Shown in pieces: positions 28,246-37,175 of a stretch of DNA of 64,000 bases. The stretch covers positions 466 to 64,465 of the forward strand of contig DASROF010000027.1 in assembly GCA_035647075.1 (NCBI GenBank). The letters are read 5' to 3'. The notes beneath the pieces were generated by a model. That model saw nothing but the letters and a program-made list of their open reading frames with translations, had not been told where the DNA came from and ran no database searches. The stretch is from Vicinamibacterales bacterium (GTDB lineage: Bacteria; Acidobacteriota; Vicinamibacteria; Vicinamibacterales; UBA2999). Within the stretch, counting starts at the first letter, position 1; each line of letters begins with the position of its first letter. The translations under genes were made by a program, and so were the position numbers.

Positions 28246-28749
28246 ATGAATCCACTGCTCCAGGTAGACCCCGGACTCTACATCTGGACGATCATCATCT
28301 TTCTGGGGCTGCTCTGGGCTTTCAGCAAGCTGGCCTGGAAACCGCTGCGGGCGACCTTGAACGCGCGCGAAGATTCGATTCGCAAGTCGCTCGATGACGC
28401 GCGGCAGGCACGTGAGGAGCTGCAGCAACTGCGGGCCGAATCGGCACGGATGCTTGCCGAGGCCAGGGCCGAGGCGGATACGATCCTCACGCGCACGCGG
28501 GAGGACGCCAACCGGTTCCGCGACGAGATGAAAGTGAAGGCGCACGCGGAAGCGTCGGGCATCGTCAAGAACGCCGAACAGCGCATCGAGATGGAAACGG
28601 CACGCGCGCTGCAACAGATTCGCGCGGAAGCGGTCGAGTTCTCGGTGGCGATTGCATCGAAGATCCTGCAACGCAACGTGTCGAAGGAAGACAACGAGCG
28701 TCTGATCGAAGAGACATTCCGTCAGATTCAGTCCACACGACCCAGCTAG
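28246..28749 (+). CDS. atpF: F1Fo ATP synthase subunit b
   Basis: DPGLYIWTIIIFLGLLWAFSKLAWKPL, REDSIRKSL, long coiled coil, IASKIL. Confidence 0.95.
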   Translation: MNPLLQVDPGLYIWTIIIFLGLLWAFSKLAWKPLRATLNAREDSIRKSLDDARQAREELQQLRAESARMLAEARAEADTILTRTREDANRFRDEMKVKAHAEASGIVKNAEQRIEMETARALQQIRAEAVEFSVAIASKILQRNVSKEDNERLIEETFRQIQSTRPS

Positions 28750-28753
28750 TCGC

Positions 28754-29752
28754 ATGGCCCGCGGGCGGCATCCGGCGTTTGTGGTTGCGGCGGCGCTCCT
28801 CGGCGTCGTGCTCTTCACCTACGCAATTCGAAACGTCGGCTGGGCCAACGTCGTCGACGGTGTCAACCGTGTTGGCTGGGGGCTGGTGCCGATTCTGGCG
28901 CTGGCCGGACTGCGCTTCGTCCTGCGTGCGGCGGCCTGGCGGATGTGTATGCCACCGCACGCACAGTTCACGCTGGGTCAGGCGTTCACCGCTTTTCTCT
29001 CGGGCGACGCGGTAGGCAACGTCACACCGCTCGGCCTGCTCGCCAGCGAGCCGACCAAGGTCTTCCTCATCCGCCATCGGCTGGCCACGCGTGAGGCAGC
29101 GTCGTCACTGGCGGTCGACTTCGTCATCTACTCGACTTCGGCGGTCACGATGATCGTGGTCGGCGTTGCGGTGCTGCTCGCTTCTGACGAGGTCCGGTTG
29201 AGCCTGGGATGGCGGGAGATTCTTATCGGTGGCCTCGTCGTGCTCGTCGCGGGCGTGATCGTCGCGTTCCGGGTGATCGGTGGGACATGGAAGCCCGAAC
29301 GGGGTGAGCGGCCGCCGTGGCGGGCGCGCCTTGCCTCGCTGCGCGAGTCCGTGCTCGCGTTCTCAGCCGGTCGCCCCGCGCGCCTGTGGCGCGTCTTCTT
29401 CCTCGACCTCCTCTTTCAAGCTGTGGCCGTCATCGAAGTGTTCCTCACCCTGCAGTGGCTGCTGCCGGAACCACCCACAATCCCCGAAGCGATCATGTTC
29501 AGCGCGCTGGACCGCGCGACCATCGTCGTCTTCAAATTCATTCCGTTCCGGGCGGGGATCGACGAGGTGCTCACAGGCGGGATGGCGGCCGTGCTCGGCT
29601 GGTCGGGCGCCACTGGTGTGGCGCTCGCGGTGATCAAGAAAGTGCGAAGTATTGCGTGGGTCGGCGTCGGCCTGATTCTTATCGCCGCCCATCCTTCCCC
29701 AGCAGCGCCAGAGTCGGATCCCCCCGAAACCGGGCGCGTGCGTCCGATCTGA
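28754..29752 (+). CDS. Lysylphosphatidylglycerol synthase TM-region / UPF0104 flippase-like membrane protein
   Basis: LRAAAW, GDAVGNVTPLGLLASEP.K, IPFRAGIDE, multi-TM. Confidence 0.7.
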   Translation: MARGRHPAFVVAAALLGVVLFTYAIRNVGWANVVDGVNRVGWGLVPILALAGLRFVLRAAAWRMCMPPHAQFTLGQAFTAFLSGDAVGNVTPLGLLASEPTKVFLIRHRLATREAASSLAVDFVIYSTSAVTMIVVGVAVLLASDEVRLSLGWREILIGGLVVLVAGVIVAFRVIGGTWKPERGERPPWRARLASLRESVLAFSAGRPARLWRVFFLDLLFQAVAVIEVFLTLQWLLPEPPTIPEAIMFSALDRATIVVFKFIPFRAGIDEVLTGGMAAVLGWSGATGVALAVIKKVRSIAWVGVGLILIAAHPSPAAPESDPPETGRVRPI

Positions 29753-31811
29753 GCGCTTCGGCGCGCGATCGATTGCCGACGATCGTCCACAGACGCGCGG
29801 CCACCGCATAGCTCTCGGGTGTCGGCGTCGCGGCCACGAGCTCGTTCAGGACGTCCTCGACGGCCTCCTGACGGTTGGTCGCGGCATACAGCATCGCGAG
29901 GCGCGAGTAGACGTGCACGCTGCGCGGAAACGTCCGGAGCTCCTCGCGGTACTCCGCTTCCGCTTCGGAATAGCGTTCGAGATGTGCCAGCGACTCTCCG
30001 AGGTACAGATGCAGCTCGGGGATGCTGCGCTTCTGTGCACGTGCCAGTGTCACCGCTTCCTGAAACGCCATCGCCGCGTCGTCGTACTTGTCTTGCTCAT
30101 AAAGGAGACGACCGCGTACGAACGGTTCAACCGGGAGGGCCGGGTCCGCCTCGTGTGCCGCCTTTGCCTGAATCGTCGCGGTCTCCGCGTCGTTGCGCGA
30201 CAGCGCGATTCTGGCGGCCAGCTCGTGTGCAGCGGCCCGCGTGCTCGTATCCGCGGTCTTCGCCAGCGCGATCGCTTCGTCGGCCTGATGGCCGGCCTGC
30301 TCGGCGCGGTCGGCGCGCATCAGCGCGTCTGCGAGTGCGAGCGCCAGGTCGGCTTCCTCCGGTTGCCGATCGCGAGCATCCTGGAGAACAGCGATCGCTT
30401 CGTCGAGCCGGCCCGCCCGCATCAACGCCGAGGCGAGCTGATACTGCACCACCACGAGGTCGGGATGCGCGGCGACGATCGTCTGCAATGCCCGGATGCC
30501 GGCTGAATACTTCTTCTGTCCGATGAACAGGGCAGCGTCGCGATGCTGGGAGATGAGCGCCGTCTGATCCGTCACCGACAACAGCGGCGTGGTGACGTCG
30601 AGATGCGGAGGCGAGAGATAGCCGAGCAGCGCGACGCGCTCCTCGTCGGCCGGTGCGATGCGTGACGGGAGTGGAACGGGTGTCGCGCCGCTCAGCCGCT
30701 CGAGCTCATCGCGGAGGCGCACGGTTTCCGCGGCAGCACCGGTCTGCTCATCCGCGCTGGGAGCGAGCGACGTCAGCTCTTCGTCCGCGCCGCGCACGTA
30801 CCGAAAGCGTGCGGTCGTCAACGCGTAGACGCCGTGACCGCCGAATCCATAGTGCGGCGCGAGCCATTCCGCGTAGAGCGGGCGATCCCGGATCGTCGCT
30901 CCTTCGTCAGTCAGCACCGCGCGCAGCGACCTGCCGCTCAGTGCGTCGGGGATCGGAGCACGCACGAGATCGAGCAGCGTCGGCACGAGGTCGATCTGCT
31001 GCACTGGTGCCGCGACACGTCGGCCTGCGCCTTCGCCTTCAGGCTGCTTGACGATCAGCGGAACGCGAAGCGCCGCGTCATCGAGCGTGCGCGTCGGCTC
31101 CTCGCCGTGGTCGCCAATCAGCACGATGGTTGCGCCGTCGTACAACTGACGGCTCTTCAGCAGAGCGGCGAGTCGCGCCACTGCGGCATCCGCATCCCGG
31201 TGATCGACCTGGACGAGGAGAAAGAAGCGGCGCCCGCCCTGCATGCGCACCCATGTCTCGGCGGCGTCAAGCGTTTCAGATGCGCTGCGTGCCAACACTG
31301 GCGACGCATCGTCAGCAGCGCGATCGGGGAGTTCGGCGTCGTAGAACCTGAATCCCTGCGCGACACCCGTGTCCGGCCGAAGCAGAAACGACGATACGGC
31401 CGCGCCCGTCGCGAAGCCGCGATTGCGAAGCATTTCCGCGAGCGTCTGGACCTCTTCCTTGAGCGTGAACCCTGCGTCGTCCCGGACGCCGTGTTGCGGT
31501 GGTAGTTGTCCGGACAGCAGCGAGGCATGCGCCGGCAGTGTCTGCGGCGACTGCGCATAGGCACGCTCGAAGACGACCGAATCTGACGCGAGCAGATCAA
31601 TGGCCGGCGTATCGGTGCCCGGCGCGCCGTAAATCGGCAACGTCGCTGCTGGCAAATTGTCGACAGTGATGAGGACGATGGGCCCCTGGTGCGCGGGCGA
31701 TTCGCGTGCGAACCACCAGCCACCTGCCGCGGCGCCAACGACGGCGAGAGCAAATGCGGAAGCGATGGTCACAGCGACCAGCGGCCGCAGCTTGCGAGGA
31801 CCCTGTGTCAT
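29679..31811 (-). CDS. Sulfatase/alkaline-phosphatase-superfamily-like domain (shortened) + TPR array
   Basis: IVLITVDNL, SVVFERAYAQSPQTLPAHASLLSG, GVRD, IGDHGE, LRVPLIVK, then many TPR-like helices. Confidence 0.82.
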   Translation of the reverse strand: MTQGPRKLRPLVAVTIASAFALAVVGAAAGGWWFARESPAHQGPIVLITVDNLPAATLPIYGAPGTDTPAIDLLASDSVVFERAYAQSPQTLPAHASLLSGQLPPQHGVRDDAGFTLKEEVQTLAEMLRNRGFATGAAVSSFLLRPDTGVAQGFRFYDAELPDRAADDASPVLARSASETLDAAETWVRMQGGRRFFLLVQVDHRDADAAVARLAALLKSRQLYDGATIVLIGDHGEEPTRTLDDAALRVPLIVKQPEGEGAGRRVAAPVQQIDLVPTLLDLVRAPIPDALSGRSLRAVLTDEGATIRDRPLYAEWLAPHYGFGGHGVYALTTARFRYVRGADEELTSLAPSADEQTGAAAETVRLRDELERLSGATPVPLPSRIAPADEERVALLGYLSPPHLDVTTPLLSVTDQTALISQHRDAALFIGQKKYSAGIRALQTIVAAHPDLVVVQYQLASALMRAGRLDEAIAVLQDARDRQPEEADLALALADALMRADRAEQAGHQADEAIALAKTADTSTRAAAHELAARIALSRNDAETATIQAKAAHEADPALPVEPFVRGRLLYEQDKYDDAAMAFQEAVTLARAQKRSIPELHLYLGESLAHLERYSEAEAEYREELRTFPRSVHVYSRLAMLYAATNRQEAVEDVLNELVAATPTPESYAVAARLWTIVGNRSRAEALRSDARARFRGDPTLALLGKDGRR

Positions 31812-32473
31812 CAGTTCGGAATCGAGGACGCCTCGGCTTGCGTGGACGCGAGCTCAGCTTTCGCACGCCGGTCGTCGGGGTCCGCTTTCAGGAGCTCCGT
31901 ATAGCACTCGATCGCGCGGTCAAGCGCTGCACGCCGTGCCGACGCGTCGGGCTCGAGCGCCGCCTTGCGGCGGTAGGCGGCACCAATCACGAGATTCAGA
32001 GACGTGAGACTCGCGTATCGGGTTCGGATGTCCTGATAGACGCCGATCGCCTGATCGAGGCGTCCCTGATCGCGCATCATATTTGCCGCTGCGATCTGTG
32101 CCTGGATATTCGACGGAAGAGCTCCCGGCGTCAAACCAGGCTCGCGCGGCAGCACGAAGGGGATCGGCGGCGTGGCCGCGGTGCGGACAAGCCCGTCGCC
32201 CTGCATCGGCACGAACCCGGGCGCGTCGACCACGAAGGTGTAGGTTCCCACACGCAGGCCCACCATTCCCCAGCGTCCCTTCGAGTCGGAGGTGGAGATG
32301 AAACTGCGTGGGCCAAACTCCGGGTTGAAGGCACGGATCGTCGCGCCCTTGATCGGCTTGCCCTCGGCGTCGCGCACGGTCCCGCTGACTCGTGCGCTCT
32401 GCGCGTGGGCCGGTGCGGCGAGCGACAGCGCGCTGACGGCGACGACGACGATGCGGCGCAGGCATCGAACCAT
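31811..32473 (-). CDS. Secreted carboxypeptidase-regulatory-like (prealbumin-like) domain + TPR protein
   Basis: Signal peptide, ARVSGTVRDAEGKPIKGATI, SDSKGRW...GL..GTY, C-terminal TPRs. TGATG overlap with the sulfatase-like gene. Confidence 0.78.
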   Translation of the reverse strand: MVRCLRRIVVVAVSALSLAAPAHAQSARVSGTVRDAEGKPIKGATIRAFNPEFGPRSFISTSDSKGRWGMVGLRVGTYTFVVDAPGFVPMQGDGLVRTAATPPIPFVLPREPGLTPGALPSNIQAQIAAANMMRDQGRLDQAIGVYQDIRTRYASLTSLNLVIGAAYRRKAALEPDASARRAALDRAIECYTELLKADPDDRRAKAELASTQAEASSIPN

Positions 32474-32486
32474 GGCGGACTATCTT

Positions 32487-32570
32487 AACTCCCAACCTCC
32501 AACTCTCAACTTCCAAGTCCCCAGAGATTTATGCGCCTTTGGCAGTCGGGAATTTGGCAGTTGGGTGTGG
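32487..32570. repeat. Heptamer (STRR-like) tandem repeats arranged as an imperfect inverted pair
   Basis: AACTCCC AACCTCC AACTCTC AACTTCC AAGTCCC (32487-32521), then TTGGCAG TCGGGAA TTTGGCAG TTGGGTG (32539-32567). Confidence 0.6.
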
Positions 32571-32987
32571 TCAGTACAGGTGATACAGCATCAGATAGAC
32601 GATCACTCCGGTCACCGACACGTACAACCACAGCGGTAGCGTCCATCGGGCGACGCGGACGTGCCGGCCGTAGTCGCCGCGAAGTCCGCGAGCCGCTGTC
32701 AGGAGCGCCAGGGGCAGAATCGTCGCCGCCAGGATGACGTGCGGGATCAGGACGACAAAGTAGACGACGCGGATCGCGCCGACGCCGCGGAATGGCACCG
32801 AGCCAGCGTTCGCGTGATAGATGACGTAGCTGATGAGGAAGAGGGCCGACGTGGTGAGTGCCAGCAACATGCAGCGCTTGTGGGCGTCGCGTCGGCCGCT
32901 TCGAATCAGGATGTAGCCGGCGACCAGAAATACGAATGCGAGCGCATTCAGGCTGGCATTGAGCGCGGGGAGATCGGCAATCGTCAT
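32571..32987 (-). CDS. DUF420 (YozB-like) membrane protein
   Basis: LPALNASLN, HKRCM, FLISYVIYH, HVILAA, HVRVARWTLPLWLYVSVTGVIVY. Confidence 0.9.
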   Translation of the reverse strand: MTIADLPALNASLNALAFVFLVAGYILIRSGRRDAHKRCMLLALTTSALFLISYVIYHANAGSVPFRGVGAIRVVYFVVLIPHVILAATILPLALLTAARGLRGDYGRHVRVARWTLPLWLYVSVTGVIVYLMLYHLY

Positions 32988-33003
32988 CGGCGACGCGGCG
33001 GCG

Positions 33004-33942
33004 TCAGAGCCAGAGACGATCCGCCACGAGTGCTCCGAGCAGAATCGGCAGATACGTAATCGAGAAGAGAAAGAGTGCGCGCGCGTTTGGCATCGAGCGC
33101 TCACGCGCGAAGCGAAGCGTCAGCCAGACGAACAGCAACCCCAGCGCAGTCGCGACGATCGCATACGGAATCCCCGCGAGACCGACGACTGCGGGAAGAA
33201 GGCTGACCGGCCAGAGCGCGGCCGTGTAGATCAGCGCTTGTTGGCCTGTTCGCCGCCCGTCTGGTTCGAGCACCGGCAGGAGCGGGATGCCTGCGTTTGC
33301 GTAATCGTCGCGAAATAGCCAGGCGATCGCCAGGAAGTGCGGCATCTGCCAGAAGAACACGATCCCGAACAGTACGAGTGCCGGCAGCGTAATCCGCCCT
33401 GTTGCCGCGGTCCATCCGATCACCGGCGGCAGCGCGCCTGGGATCGCGCCGACGAGAGTGGCCAGCGACGTGCGGACTTTCAACGGCGTGTACACGAGCA
33501 CGTAGCTGATCAACGTGGCCGCCGCCACCGCAGCCGCTGTGACGTTCACGAGCAGCGCGAGCTGAGCAAGGCCCATGACTGACAGCAAGACGCCGAACCA
33601 GGTGCCGTCGGCGACGCCCAGCCTGCCGCCCGGAAGCGGCCGCGTACTTGTCCGTCGCATCAACGCGTCCGTGCGGCGTTCCCACACCTGGTTGAGCGCC
33701 GCGGCGCCGCCGGCCACGAGTGCTGTCCCGACGAGCGTGTTCAGCAGCAGTGCGATTTCGACGCCTGAGGGGGACGCGAGATACAGGCCGGCCAGCGTGG
33801 TCGTCAGGACGAGCAGATTCAGGCGCGGCTTCGTCAGCATCACGAAGTCCGCGAATCGGCGTTCGGTAGCCATTGTCACCGAGGCATTGGCACCAGCCGT
33901 CGGTCGCCGGTGCACGGTGGCGGCGGGTGCACTGGTCTTCAC
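33004..33942 (-). CDS. ctaB: Protoheme IX farnesyltransferase (heme O synthase)
   Basis: LTKPRL, NQVWERRTDALMRRTSTRPLP, YTPLK, GAIPGALPP, WQMPHFLAIA, DYANAGIPLLP. Confidence 0.96.
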   Translation of the reverse strand: MKTSAPAATVHRRPTAGANASVTMATERRFADFVMLTKPRLNLLVLTTTLAGLYLASPSGVEIALLLNTLVGTALVAGGAAALNQVWERRTDALMRRTSTRPLPGGRLGVADGTWFGVLLSVMGLAQLALLVNVTAAAVAAATLISYVLVYTPLKVRTSLATLVGAIPGALPPVIGWTAATGRITLPALVLFGIVFFWQMPHFLAIAWLFRDDYANAGIPLLPVLEPDGRRTGQQALIYTAALWPVSLLPAVVGLAGIPYAIVATALGLLFVWLTLRFARERSMPNARALFLFSITYLPILLGALVADRLWL

Positions 33943-34955
33943 GCGCGCGCTCCGGGCCTGTTCGGCACGGAAGGTCCGCCAACAACGGCAGCGTGGGGCT
34001 GGTTCCGCCGGATTGCGGTGCCTTCGACAGCAGACCCACCGAATCCATCCACAGAAGCAAAACGGGATCGGTGAGCACGCAGCGCAAGGACGAGCGACGT
34101 CACCAGCACGCTTGCGCCTGTGACCACGTGCAGCGAGTTGATGATGTAGTGCTTCTCAGTGAGCACGGTGTAGGCACCGAGCGTGACTTGCGCCGTCAGC
34201 AGCGCCAGCAGCAGAACCACTGGACGTACGAGCTCACCGCGCCCCCGGTGGTGGTAGAAGACGTGCCCGGCCGTCGCGACGATCAGCAGGCTTGTCACGA
34301 GCGCCCCGACACGATGCGCGAAATGGATGGCGATCTTCGGATCCCAGTGCGGCGGAATGAGATGACCGAAGGCGAGAGGAAAGTCGGGGATGGCCAGCCC
34401 GGCGTCGGTGTGCCGCATCGTCGCCCCGATGAGGACCTGAACGTAGATCCAGCCGGTCGTGACAATGGTGAGTTTCCGCAGCACGTCGTCATCAGAAGGC
34501 AAAGCCGTTGTGCGGTGAGTCCACCCGCGCGACGTCACCAGCGCGATTGCCGTGGTCAGACAGAACACGATCTGCGCCAGGCTGGCGTGTGCGATCGAAA
34601 TCGGCTCCGGAAGGTACCAGAGCACCGTGATGCCGCCGAGGATGCCCTGCGCGATGACGGCGGCCAGCGCGATATAGCCAAGCCGCCGCACCCAGGCGCG
34701 AGGCTCTGCCCGCCACAGCCAGACCGCCAGCACCAGAATCAGAAAGCCGACCGTGCTTGCAATGAGGCGATGCGAATGCTCGAAGCGGATGCCCCCGACC
34801 ATCTTGTCGAGCGGGAACGTGAACATGAAGTGGCCGTACGTGTTGGGCCAGTCGGGAACCGACAGGCCGGAGCCAGTGCTCGTGACGAGACCACCCGCGA
34901 AGATGAGCACGGCCGTCGAGAGCGCGACGAGCCGCGTGTAGAGCCTGAATGCCAT
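33939..34955 (-). CDS. ctaA: Heme A synthase (COX15/CtaA), cysteine-less variant
   Basis: GGLVTSTGSGLSVPDWP, EHSHR, HASLA, DAGLAIPDFP, HFAHR, LHVVTG. Confidence 0.9.
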   Translation of the reverse strand: MAFRLYTRLVALSTAVLIFAGGLVTSTGSGLSVPDWPNTYGHFMFTFPLDKMVGGIRFEHSHRLIASTVGFLILVLAVWLWRAEPRAWVRRLGYIALAAVIAQGILGGITVLWYLPEPISIAHASLAQIVFCLTTAIALVTSRGWTHRTTALPSDDDVLRKLTIVTTGWIYVQVLIGATMRHTDAGLAIPDFPLAFGHLIPPHWDPKIAIHFAHRVGALVTSLLIVATAGHVFYHHRGRGELVRPVVLLLALLTAQVTLGAYTVLTEKHYIINSLHVVTGASVLVTSLVLALRAHRSRFASVDGFGGSAVEGTAIRRNQPHAAVVGGPSVPNRPGARA

Positions 34956-35717
34956 CTAACTTTTGAACGTGAATGAAATATCGCTGGTTTGCTTGTCGCC
35001 GATGGTTACCGTCTGCGTCTGCGTGCCGAGCTTCTCGTGCCACGCCTCCACCGTGTACGTCCCCGGCGGCAGTCCTTTCAACTCAAAGCGGCCGTTGCCA
35101 GTGGTGACGGCATAAAACGGGTGGTCGAGCACGCCGACGAACGCGTTCATCCATTTATGGACGTCGCACTTGAACGGGATCATGACTTCCTTGGTGCTGA
35201 ACACGTGCGTGTGCTTGATGCCCGCCAGTTGATGCGCCATGTTGAACTCGCGATTCTGCTGCGGTATCGCGTGCACGTTGTGAAGCGTGTCGTCGCTGCT
35301 GAGAATCTCGAGCGTCTGGCCCACCTGGATGCCGAGCACGTGCGGGACGTAGCGGCATCCTTTCTGATCCAGCACGACCGCGCTGGCCGGCACTGGAAAG
35401 ACGCGATTGCCGAGCCCGTCCTTCACGTAGACGAACACATTCTGCAGAGTGGAATCGCTGCCCACGACCACGCTCTCAGTCGCATTCTTTGGCTGCTTTT
35501 CGCAATACGGATCGGAATCCATGGTGATCGACTGGGCGGCCGGAGCCTTTCCATCCAGTTTCACTACACCGGTGATCGTTCCGGCTGTGGCCGGATCGAC
35601 CGGATTGGCAACGACAGCGGACTGCGTCGGCGGCGGTTCTTCCTTGCTGCACGCGCCGGCGACGAGCGCCAGGCCAACCGCACAGCCGGTGATGACACGG
35701 ACAAACGGCGATCTCAT
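34956..35717 (-). CDS. Lipoprotein with cupredoxin-like copper motif and carboxypeptidase-regulatory-like domain
   Basis: Lipobox-like LVAGA-C; DQKGCRYVPHV, HNVH, KCDVHKWM, GLPPGTYTVEAWHE. Confidence 0.75.
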   Translation of the reverse strand: MRSPFVRVITGCAVGLALVAGACSKEEPPPTQSAVVANPVDPATAGTITGVVKLDGKAPAAQSITMDSDPYCEKQPKNATESVVVGSDSTLQNVFVYVKDGLGNRVFPVPASAVVLDQKGCRYVPHVLGIQVGQTLEILSSDDTLHNVHAIPQQNREFNMAHQLAGIKHTHVFSTKEVMIPFKCDVHKWMNAFVGVLDHPFYAVTTGNGRFELKGLPPGTYTVEAWHEKLGTQTQTVTIGDKQTSDISFTFKS

Positions 35718-35762
35718 GGGGTGGACTCCGAACCCCTAATTATCCCTGAACGGAGGCGCGGA

Positions 35763-37139
35763 TTAAGGGGTGCCGCCGGCCGCCTCGATCTTGCGGAGCA
35801 CCCGGTCCTGCATCCACTGCGCGCTCCACCAGTCCACCGGCGTCACCTGCTCGCCGCCCACGAGCGTCGTGAAGTGGAGGTGGTCGCCGCCGGCGAGTCC
35901 GGTCTGACCGCTGCGTCCGATTTCCTGACCTTTATCGACTTTGTCACCGACTTTGACGCCAATGGACGAGAGGTGCCCGTAGAGCGACTGCACGCCGAGT
36001 CCATGGTCGATGATGACGCAGTTGCCGTAGATGCCGAGATCGGCCGCGTGAACCACGACCCCGCGCTGCGCGGCGGAGACGGGAACGTTCGCCGTGACGG
36101 CGAGATCGAACCCAAGGTGGACCTGCTGGTCCACTTCCTTGCCCTTATAGATATAGGTCCTGGCGTCCGCAAACTGCGCCTGTACGGCCGAGTTGCCGAG
36201 CTGCTGGAACGCGTCCTTGAACATCAGCTGGGGTGAGCTCTTGCGCGCGAGTTCGCGGATGTACTGGTTGTTCTTCTGCCGCAGGTCGCGATTGATCTTC
36301 AGAAATCCGGCGAGCAGGTCGTCAGTTGGAATCTGTTCGTCAGGCGAGGCGGACGCGATCGCCGGGACGACGCGCTGAAGGAAGCGATCGTCGATTTCGA
36401 TGCGGCTCTTCTTGTACTGCTTTGGGAAGACGCGGTAATCGAGCGGCACGACGACCTGATTGCCGGCCACGTCGCGGGCGAATACCTCCATCTTCGTGTC
36501 GGTCGGCTGATCGTAGAGCAGCGCGAAAAACGCAACGCGAAGCGCCGGATCGCCGGTAATCCCGGCACCCGCAGCGGGGAACGCGGGGTATTCCTTGTCG
36601 CCGACGCGGACGCCCGCCTGGACGTCCTCAGGCGTCACTCTGAACACGGCGAACTCGCTGCCGCCGAGGTTGATGAAGTGAAAGGTGGAGAGCACGGCGA
36701 CCGTTGGTGGCTCCAGTCGCACCTGCACATCGCGCGTCGTGGTCGATTCGACCTGGCGGAGTCCCCAGAGCACTGGCCGTGCCGCGTGCACGACGATCCG
36801 CGCTGAACCGGACTTCAGATCCGGAATCGCGCGCTTGCCGATCGGACGCATGACGATCAGCCTGTCGGCCGGGTCCTTACCCGTGGCTGGAGCATCGGGA
36901 TTGACCGCAAACACGGGATATGTCTTCCCGCCCTGTTCGAGGCCGACATCCACGCGTGAGAACTTCCCACCCGGCGCCTGCACGACCATCTCCAGCGTGC
37001 CAGCCTGGCCGATGAATTTGCCCGGCTGCCGGATTTCGATGGCTGGTCCGTCCATCCGTCCGGCCCAGAACCAGCCGGCGGCGACGACGATCAGGGCCAG
37101 AAGGATCAGCGAGAAGAGGAATTTGAGAAGGCCACGCAT
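35763..37139 (-). CDS. M23 family metallopeptidase
   Basis: N-terminal TM; HLGFDLA, YGNCVIIDHGLGVQSLYGHLS, GQTGLAGGDHLHF. Confidence 0.93.
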   Translation of the reverse strand: MRGLLKFLFSLILLALIVVAAGWFWAGRMDGPAIEIRQPGKFIGQAGTLEMVVQAPGGKFSRVDVGLEQGGKTYPVFAVNPDAPATGKDPADRLIVMRPIGKRAIPDLKSGSARIVVHAARPVLWGLRQVESTTTRDVQVRLEPPTVAVLSTFHFINLGGSEFAVFRVTPEDVQAGVRVGDKEYPAFPAAGAGITGDPALRVAFFALLYDQPTDTKMEVFARDVAGNQVVVPLDYRVFPKQYKKSRIEIDDRFLQRVVPAIASASPDEQIPTDDLLAGFLKINRDLRQKNNQYIRELARKSSPQLMFKDAFQQLGNSAVQAQFADARTYIYKGKEVDQQVHLGFDLAVTANVPVSAAQRGVVVHAADLGIYGNCVIIDHGLGVQSLYGHLSSIGVKVGDKVDKGQEIGRSGQTGLAGGDHLHFTTLVGGEQVTPVDWWSAQWMQDRVLRKIEAAGGTP

Positions 37140-37175
37140 CCTCCGCATGATATCGCGCCGATCACACTGCTCCGG

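Noticed and set aside
29679-31811. Active formylglycine-dependent sulfatase
   Set aside because: No C/S-x-P-x-R signature, metal-ligand segments are missing, and no FGE/anSME gene is nearby.
32487-32570. CRISPR array
   Set aside because: Units are 7-bp degenerate tandem repeats without spacers, and there are no cas genes.
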